Source: an uncultured Gammaproteobacteria bacterium (lineage in GTDB: Bacteria > Patescibacteriota > Microgenomatia > UBA1406 > GWC2-37-13). Taken from it: a stretch of DNA of 40,830 nucleotides. The translations under genes and the position numbers were made by a program. How positions within the stretch are numbered: the stretch's first letter is position 1; each line of letters begins with the position of its first letter. Under the pieces are notes generated by a model. It had not been told where the DNA came from, ran no database searches, and worked only from the letters and a program-made list of their open reading frames with translations. This document shows positions 9,078 to 14,437 of the stretch, piece after piece. The DNA lies in NCBI GenBank assembly GCA_964490915.1, contig CAZBEJ010000002.1:1-40830 (forward strand), read 5' to 3'.

Positions 9078-9392
9078 TCACTCGAGGTTCTCATCTCCCA
9101 GGATTTCTTCAGCAATCTTAGTGCACGTATTCATGCCTAAAGTACCGTCTATAAGCATTTGCTTCTTTGCTTTTGACCAACCCTTTAATTGTTTCTCTCT
9201 TCTTGCGGCTTGATATTTATCCTTATAACATTCACAGTAAACTAACTTAATTTGGTTAAACCGTAAAGTAAATAAAGAATTTTTATCGCGATGATTTCTG
9301 ATTCTCTGTACTAGATTATTAGTTATTCCAGTGTAATATATTTTTCTATCGCAAAGAAGCAAATAAACATACCATTTCTCAGAATTCTCCAT
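9078..9392 (-). CDS. GIY-YIG nuclease-family protein (small stand-alone, UPF0213/YhbQ-like)
   Basis: 104 aa from the internal ATG at 9392. Sequence: WYVYLLLCDRKIYYTGITNNLVQRIRNHR ... LVYCECYKDKYQAARREKQLKGWSKAKKQMLI (GIY...YIG, Arg, Glu motifs). The 142-aa track ORF was shortened because its N-terminal 38 codons are antisense to the tRNA. Confidence 0.85.
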   Translation of the reverse strand: MENSEKWYVYLLLCDRKIYYTGITNNLVQRIRNHRDKNSLFTLRFNQIKLVYCECYKDKYQAARREKQLKGWSKAKKQMLIDGTLGMNTCTKIAEEILGDENLE

Positions 9393-9427
9393 AACATTTT
9401 CTTGAGCTTGCACTGAGCTTGCCGAAG

Positions 9428-9445
9428 TGTCCAGAGGGGAGGATT
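9428..9445. repeat. 18-bp direct repeat copy B (tgtccagaggggaggatt), within and abutting the tRNA-Tyr 3' end
   Basis: Identical to 9036-9053. Confidence 0.85.
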
Positions 9446-9512
9446 CGAACCTCCGTAGGGTTACCCCGCTAGATTTACAGTCTAGTGCGATTGGCCGCTC
9501 TGCCACCTCTGG
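9430..9512 (-). tRNA. tRNA-Tyr (anticodon GUA), class II with long variable arm, no encoded CCA
   Basis: The reverse complement reads CCAGAGG-UG-GCAGAGCGGCCAAUCGC-A-CUAGA-CUGUAAA-UCUAG-CGGGGUAACCCUACG-GAGG-UUCGAAU-CCUC-CCUCUGG-A. It has a perfect 7-bp acceptor stem, 5-bp anticodon stem and 4-bp T stem. The D-loop AGCGGCCAA resembles bacterial tRNA-Tyr. The discriminator A is followed by CAC, not CCA. Confidence 0.92.
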
Positions 9513-9667
9513 TAGTCATTCTATTGTATCAAATAATCTGTCTTTAGGCACGCAAAAAACTAAGGCGAAGAAGCTATATTCCTGATTTTAGTAGTAGTAT
9601 AATACCGGAAAGGATAAGGAGGATTGCGGATATTGCAATTCATCCGAAGTGACTTTATGATAAAGCT

Positions 9668-10126
9668 ATGTGGTTTGTACACCCCGTATATGCAACCTGT
9701 CCGGCCTGCGTAGTCACCATTGGCGGTGGGCTGCTGATTGCCAAAAAACTCGGTATGGACGATCTTTTGGTTTCCATCTGGCTTTCAGGTTTTAACACCG
9801 CGTTCGCGTTTTTGATCGTATCGGGAGCAAAGAGCAGAAAAATTTTTTATTCCGTCTTGTTATCGCTGATTTTTCTGGTTTTGAACTTGTTGTATCTTTT
9901 TTTCTCCGGCCAGCTGTTTCATGCCGGAAATACGTTGTGGGGAATTGACAAGATTATTTTGGGAACGGTTGTCGGATTCATCGGATTTTTGTTTTCAGTG
10001 TATCTCGACAGACTGGTACGAAAAACCAATAAGGGAAAAGTTCTATTCCGCTATCAAAAAGTCCTGATACCGGTGTTCTTGCTTTTTATCATCACTTTGT
10101 TGTTTAATATAGGTATAGGGCATTAA
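9668..10126 (+). CDS. Small polytopic membrane protein of unknown function with a CPAC motif at the first TM helix
   Basis: 152-aa ORF with about 4 hydrophobic helices. The N-terminus VYATCPACVVTIGGGLLIA has a Cys-Pro-Ala-Cys pair. No family recognised. Confidence 0.6.
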   Translation: MWFVHPVYATCPACVVTIGGGLLIAKKLGMDDLLVSIWLSGFNTAFAFLIVSGAKSRKIFYSVLLSLIFLVLNLLYLFFSGQLFHAGNTLWGIDKIILGTVVGFIGFLFSVYLDRLVRKTNKGKVLFRYQKVLIPVFLLFIITLLFNIGIGH

Positions 10127-10154
10127 AATTTCTTTATCGGCCGTTAATGAGTCT

Positions 10155-10283
10155 ATGGACAATAAGGATGCAGTAACACAGGGGAAAAAAAATTCACGGG
10201 AAGATGCGGACGATCAATCGGACGACATATTCGGCGTGATAAATAAATTCATTAAAAAAATTTTAAAATGCTGCGGAAATTAA
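10155..10283 (+). CDS. Possible 42-aa small ORF (acidic N-terminus, amphipathic helix, C-terminal CCGN)
   Basis: Reads MDNKDAVTQGKKNSREDADDQSDDIFGVINKFIKKILKCCGN and ends 4 nt before the HypC-like ORF. No clear Shine-Dalgarno sequence. Absent from the ORF track because it is under 60 aa. Confidence 0.25.
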   Translation: MDNKDAVTQGKKNSREDADDQSDDIFGVINKFIKKILKCCGN

Positions 10284-10287
10284 TCCT

Positions 10288-10461
10288 ATGTGTTTTGTAA
10301 AGCCGATTCGGGTCAAAAAAGTTTTTGATAATTACGTCTTGTTGGAAAACGGAATCAAGGCGTATTACGAAAAAAAGGAGGGGAAATTAAAACGGAACGA
10401 TCTGGTTTTGGTATACGGAAATGTTGTTATAAATAAAATTGTTGATTATGCCCAAATCTGA
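10288..10461 (+). CDS. HypC/HupF-like hydrogenase maturation chaperone (short, 57 aa), unannotated small ORF
   Basis: Reads MCFVKPIRVKKVFDNYVLLENGIKAYYEKKEGKLKRNDLVLVYGNVVINKIVDYAQI. It has the HypC hallmark Met-Cys2 ... Pro6 (MCxxxP) and a C-terminal NDLVLVYGNVVI matching the GDYVLVHVGFAI block. It lies in the hydrogenase locus and overlaps the next gene by 14 nt. Confidence 0.6.
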   Translation: MCFVKPIRVKKVFDNYVLLENGIKAYYEKKEGKLKRNDLVLVYGNVVINKIVDYAQI

Positions 10462-11350
10462 CGGATTAAAAAAAGGATTGCTGTTTGCGTTTATTACCGC
10501 GGTTATCTCCGGATTCGCCATTTTTTACTCGAAAATTTCAGTCGCAAAAATTGACCCGTTGGTTTTGACAACGTGGAGAAATGCATTCGTGGGAGTTGTT
10601 TTCTTGCTCGGAATGGTATCATTCGGAAAATTGAAACAACTGAAAACGCTGCAGAAAAAGGATGTGATTATATTGTTGCTCATCGGCATAATCGGCGGCG
10701 GAGTTCCGTTTTACCTGTTTTTTACCGGGCTTCAGTTTATCGGCGCCCAGTCGGCAAACATTATTCATAAGTCCCTTTTTGTCTGGGTGTCGATCCTTGC
10801 GGTTGCGGTACTGGGAGAGCGTATCTCGTTCAAAACCATAGTCGCATACAGCCTGGTGTTTGCGGGAACGTTTTTCTTTGCACCCGTTAACCTTGTTTGG
10901 AATCAGGGAACGGCCATGGTGTTGGGAGCTACGCTTCTGTGGACCGTTGAAACGATTCTTTCAAAAAAAATTCTTGTACGTATCTCGTCGGAACTGGTCG
11001 GTTTTTCAAGAATGTTTGTCGGAGCATTGTTCTTGCTTGCAATGACCGCGGTTTCCGGTAAAGGAGCGGTGCTTTTTCACCTGAGTAATTCACAACTGCT
11101 AACTGTCGTCGTCGGCGGGTCGATCTTATGCGGGTATGTGTTTTTCTGGTATAGGGCGTTGAAACTGGCACCTGCCAATCTGGTAACGTTGGTTCTGAGT
11201 TTTTCCGTTGTCGTCGGATTCGTATTGAACGGTTCATTTGCCGGAGTAATTCTGAGCCGATCTGATGTACTATCGTCAGTATATATTGCCTGCGGAGTCG
11301 GGTTGGTATACCTCGCATACACTTTCCCCAAATTGCTCAGGCAATCGTGA
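10448..11350 (+). CDS. EamA/DMT-superfamily transporter (10 TM)
   Basis: About 300-aa ORF, started at the ATG at 10448 in frame with the track ORF at 10439. Shows two-fold repeated 5-TM architecture with EamA-like segments. Substrate unknown. Confidence 0.8.
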   Translation: MPKSDGLKKGLLFAFITAVISGFAIFYSKISVAKIDPLVLTTWRNAFVGVVFLLGMVSFGKLKQLKTLQKKDVIILLLIGIIGGGVPFYLFFTGLQFIGAQSANIIHKSLFVWVSILAVAVLGERISFKTIVAYSLVFAGTFFFAPVNLVWNQGTAMVLGATLLWTVETILSKKILVRISSELVGFSRMFVGALFLLAMTAVSGKGAVLFHLSNSQLLTVVVGGSILCGYVFFWYRALKLAPANLVTLVLSFSVVVGFVLNGSFAGVILSRSDVLSSVYIACGVGLVYLAYTFPKLLRQS

Positions 11351-11353
11351 TGT

Positions 11354-12100
11354 ATGGATTACAAAGGATTACTGCTGTGCGCGAGATATTCATCGGCGCC
11401 CAATTTCTACGGATATTGTGGACCTAATGAAAATGAAACGCTTGTCGGCAACCTGGCAGCAAAAGACCGGTATCGGGAGATCGCTTCCATACTTTCTGAG
11501 TTCGAAACATTGTATTTGTACCTCCGGTTGATTTCCTATGAAAACAGGGTTCCGGACCCGTTTGACCAGAAGGTTGTGGAAGCATACTGGATTGGAAACA
11601 AATTACTGAACAATGTTCAGAATGTGGATTATGGTGCGTTGCTGGAGGAACGGTTTGCAATCGAAAAAAAAATAGGGTTTAAAAAATATCTGCTGATGAG
11701 AAGGAAAATCCTCGGTAATAAACTGTATCCCCACCATTCGTTTCACGTATTCAATGTTTTCAAGCGTACAGGGCATGATCCGAGTTTTCACACGCTTGAG
11801 ACCATGAATGAATGCAGGGTAGGATGGGGAAAGATAAGAATGGAGATTGGAGGATGGAAAAGAGAGAATATCACTGTTGAAACACAACCATTAGTTATGG
11901 AAAAAGGCAAACTGAAATTGGGGAAACCGTTCATGAAAAATTTAAAAACAGACTACAGGGGGAAAAGTTTTCTCAAGGGTTTAAATCCGGGCGATTGGGT
12001 GAGTTTTCATTGGGGATTTGTTTGCGATAGACTAACGTTAGTTCAGGTACGCAATCTGCAATTTTATACCCAGAAGTCAATTGATTTCTACAATACATAA
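11354..12100 (+). CDS. Conserved hypothetical protein (resembles what I recall as DUF6390) with a C-terminal HypC-like domain
   Basis: 248-aa ORF. The N-terminus is CARYSSAPNFYGYCGPNEN. The C-terminal part has CRVGWGKIRMEI (compare HypC CLGIPGKIVEI) and GDWVSFHWGFVCDRL (compare HypC GDYVLVHVGFAI). Confidence 0.65.
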   Translation: MDYKGLLLCARYSSAPNFYGYCGPNENETLVGNLAAKDRYREIASILSEFETLYLYLRLISYENRVPDPFDQKVVEAYWIGNKLLNNVQNVDYGALLEERFAIEKKIGFKKYLLMRRKILGNKLYPHHSFHVFNVFKRTGHDPSFHTLETMNECRVGWGKIRMEIGGWKRENITVETQPLVMEKGKLKLGKPFMKNLKTDYRGKSFLKGLNPGDWVSFHWGFVCDRLTLVQVRNLQFYTQKSIDFYNT

Positions 12101-12108
12101 ATTAAATC

Positions 12109-12126
12109 ACTACAATTAATTGTAGT
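12109..12126. promoter_or_regulatory. Perfect 18-bp palindrome ACTACAATTAATTGTAGT between the DUF gene and the endopeptidase gene
   Basis: All 9 positions pair. It sits 8 nt after the stop at 12098-12100 and 14 nt before the ATG at 12141. Could be an operator site or a hairpin. Confidence 0.5.
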
Positions 12127-12140
12127 ACATGAAATAACGT

Positions 12141-12530
12141 ATGAGAAAAATCTATGTGTTTGGCAATCCGCTCATTCCACAAGATTCCTTTCCGTTTCAA
12201 TTCATTAATGAATTGAGTCGCGCTTTTCCAGATATAGATTTTCACATTACTGATCCGAATGAAAACTTTCCGCCAACGAGTGAAAAAAACCTGGTGATTC
12301 TGGATACGGTGAAAGGAATAAAAAAACCGATGCTATTTGATTTGGATGATTTCGAATCGAAAGGAGCCACGCCAATATCACCCCATGACTACGATCTGTT
12401 ATTTCATCTGCTGTTGCTTAGGAAGCTGAAAAAAATCAATACGGTCAAATTGATTGGTATACCTCAAAATAGTCGGACAGCGTTTACGTCTATTCAATCC
12501 ATGATCAGAAAGGCGCTGGCATCGTACTGA
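12141..12530 (+). CDS. Hydrogenase maturation endopeptidase (HycI/HoxW/HybD-like, divergent and short)
   Basis: 129-aa ORF. VFGNPLIPQDSFPF matches the GNxLxxDDGxG block. LVILDTV matches the xxDA metal-ligand block. SPHDYDL matches the His ligand block. It is convergent with the large subunit, which carries a cleavable tail. Confidence 0.6.
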   Translation: MRKIYVFGNPLIPQDSFPFQFINELSRAFPDIDFHITDPNENFPPTSEKNLVILDTVKGIKKPMLFDLDDFESKGATPISPHDYDLLFHLLLLRKLKKINTVKLIGIPQNSRTAFTSIQSMIRKALASY

Positions 12531-12538
12531 ATACTGTA

Positions 12539-13849
12539 TCATCGCCATTTCACCTTCAGAAAATGCGCCGCGCAGGACATACAGGGATCAAAAGCCCTGA
12601 TGAACTTTTCTATTTCATAGACGATCTGCTCCTTCGGCGTATCGACCGCAACCAATTTTTCGGTGAGTTCATAGATTCCTCTCTCCATTACAATCTGGTT
12701 CTGTCCGGTCGGTACCACAATGTCTCCTTTTTCAACAATGCCGTCAGCCTGCACCTGAAGTTTGTAGTACAGCGTGCCGCGGGGAGCTTCGATCAGGCCG
12801 ACGCTTTCGGTTCGGGTAAACATGGGTTTTTGCGGTGCCTCGTAGTCTATGGTTTTAAACGAATTTATGATATCGATTGACGAGTCAATCGCGTGAAGAA
12901 TTTCTATGGCCTGGGCAATAGTATTGAGGTAGAGATTATGAGAGGGGAACAGGTCGAGATATTTTTTTGCCGATTCCCTGGTTTTCGGATGAAGTTTTTT
13001 TTTATCGTTATTGATCCGGGCCAAAGCGCCCACCATGAGAAACTTGCCGTCGAATTTGAATCCCCGCGCCTGGGAGTAAGGAATGATGACCGCGTCCAAG
13101 TGGGTTCCATAGTCCTTTTCCTGGACGGTAACGCCGTCGCTGGTAATAAGGACTCCCTCGAGAAAGGAGTAGTCCTCTGAAGACAGTCCGCCGTATATCA
13201 CAGGCGTCCGCAGTGAAAAATCAGAACCGTCTTTGGCAAAAATTTCCAGAAGCTGCAAGATCTTCGGTCTGATTTCCATGAGGTTCGGCTTGAGATTCTT
13301 CAAGTCCTCGAGTCTGGGGAGTTTCAGAAAACCGCCGATAGTAGGCATGGGCGCATGGACCGATCTTCCGCCGACAATAACCGACAGTCGGTTGCCGACC
13401 TCTTTTACGCAAAACGTATCTTCAAGCATCTGGTGTTGAGTGGGATCTTTATCGTCAAAGTCCAGAATCGAGTTTTTGCCAAAAACGTCAGGTAAGGAAA
13501 AAATATATAAATGCAATGCATGGTCACGGATGATCAGACCGTAATATAACAGTTTACGCAATAACATAGTCTGTACAGATGGCTTTATGTTGCTTGCTTT
13601 TTCCACTGCCTCGATGCTTGCCAGAAGGTGCGCATTGGAACAGGTTCCGCAGATCCTGGCGACCAGTTGAGGGACTGCCGTTGCTGGTTTTCCCCTAATT
13701 GCCTGCGTGTAAAACCGTTTCCATTCGGATATGCTGAACTTTACGTTTTCGACATGTTTGTTGCGTACTCTCAGTTCAAGGGAAGCGGCTCCTTCGATTT
13801 TCGAAATTTCTTCCAGATTAATATCGAAGTCAATATCGATGTTATGCAT
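12539..13849 (-). CDS. [NiFe]-hydrogenase large (catalytic) subunit
   Basis: 436-aa ORF. The N-terminal Ni-Fe ligands are in RICGTCSNAH (C67, C70). The C-terminal ligands are in DPCMSCAAH (C423, C426, H429), followed by the 7-aa tail FLKVKWR. The size fits cytosolic group-3-type enzymes, but the subgroup was not determined. Confidence 0.9.
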   Translation of the reverse strand: MHNIDIDFDINLEEISKIEGAASLELRVRNKHVENVKFSISEWKRFYTQAIRGKPATAVPQLVARICGTCSNAHLLASIEAVEKASNIKPSVQTMLLRKLLYYGLIIRDHALHLYIFSLPDVFGKNSILDFDDKDPTQHQMLEDTFCVKEVGNRLSVIVGGRSVHAPMPTIGGFLKLPRLEDLKNLKPNLMEIRPKILQLLEIFAKDGSDFSLRTPVIYGGLSSEDYSFLEGVLITSDGVTVQEKDYGTHLDAVIIPYSQARGFKFDGKFLMVGALARINNDKKKLHPKTRESAKKYLDLFPSHNLYLNTIAQAIEILHAIDSSIDIINSFKTIDYEAPQKPMFTRTESVGLIEAPRGTLYYKLQVQADGIVEKGDIVVPTGQNQIVMERGIYELTEKLVAVDTPKEQIVYEIEKFIRAFDPCMSCAAHFLKVKWR

Positions 13850-13864
13850 GATAATTATTATCTA

Positions 13865-14344
13865 TTAACTCTTAGTTATTAAGAATTTATCCATAATATT
13901 GATAAACATTTCTTCGTTCATCGGACATCCCGGTACGACGGTATCCACCTTGACGACATCCGACAATTTCAGAACTTTGTCTTTATATTTGAACAGATCC
14001 AGGATCGGCTTGATTTCGTCCAGTTGGTCCCTGTTGAAAAAATTACGTTGGTTGGACGGGGATCCGACAATGGCACATGATCCGATTGCGACCAATACCT
14101 TTGTTTTCCCCCTGATCCGTATCAGTTTTTCCTCCTGTTTATCAGAACTTATGGATCCTTCTACGAATGCCACATCCATTTCCTGCAGTTCTTTTGTGTC
14201 ATCTTTCCGAAGCACCCGTGCATGCACAAACTCGATTTTCGCCAGCCATTCTTTATAATGAGTGTTCAATAATTCGGTAAACATGATAGTTGAATCTTCA
14301 CAGCAGGTAAAACTAAACCAGCCGACGCGTATTTTTTTATCCAT
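13865..14344 (-). CDS. [NiFe]-hydrogenase small subunit, minimal NuoB-fold with a single [4Fe-4S] site
   Basis: 159-aa ORF with exactly four Cys: C14 and C15 (FSFTCCEDS), C90 (GSCAIVG) and C140 (VPGCP). This is the Oxidored_q6/NuoB-like arrangement. It lies 15 nt upstream of the large-subunit gene on the same strand. Confidence 0.85.
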   Translation of the reverse strand: MDKKIRVGWFSFTCCEDSTIMFTELLNTHYKEWLAKIEFVHARVLRKDDTKELQEMDVAFVEGSISSDKQEEKLIRIRGKTKVLVAIGSCAIVGSPSNQRNFFNRDQLDEIKPILDLFKYKDKVLKLSDVVKVDTVVPGCPMNEEMFINIMDKFLITKS

Positions 14345-14437
14345 AAAATCATTCTAGCAAAATATTATTGGTTTCTGTTACTATTAAAGTTAAGATTAGG
14401 CAGAATCATTTATTTGTAATTCGTTATTTTTCCCAAT

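Larger units (their letters stand above)
9036..9445 (-). mobile_element. Putative mini-insertion at the tRNA-Tyr 3' end: a single GIY-YIG gene bounded by 18-bp direct repeats
   Basis: Direct repeats at 9036-9053 and 9428-9445 bracket 374 bp, and the only ORF between them is the GIY-YIG gene. No integrase or transposase is present. Confidence 0.45.

Noticed and set aside
8894-9121. 75-aa plus-strand track ORF downstream of the AKR gene
   Set aside because: It has no recognisable motif and is in a different frame from the MerR-like HTH sequence seen in this region. It also runs across the repeat copy and into the convergent GIY-YIG gene, so it is best explained as a chance ORF over a pseudogene scar.
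9393-9506. N-terminal 38 codons of the 142-aa track ORF (MAERPIALDCKSSGVTLRRFESSPLDTS...)
   Set aside because: This stretch is simply the antisense reading of tRNA-Tyr (9430-9512). The GIY-YIG homology begins at the internal Met (9392), so the CDS was shortened.
11265-11531. 88-aa plus-strand ORF bridging the EamA gene end and the DUF gene start
   Set aside because: It overlaps two better-supported, motif-bearing ORFs in other frames and has no features of its own.
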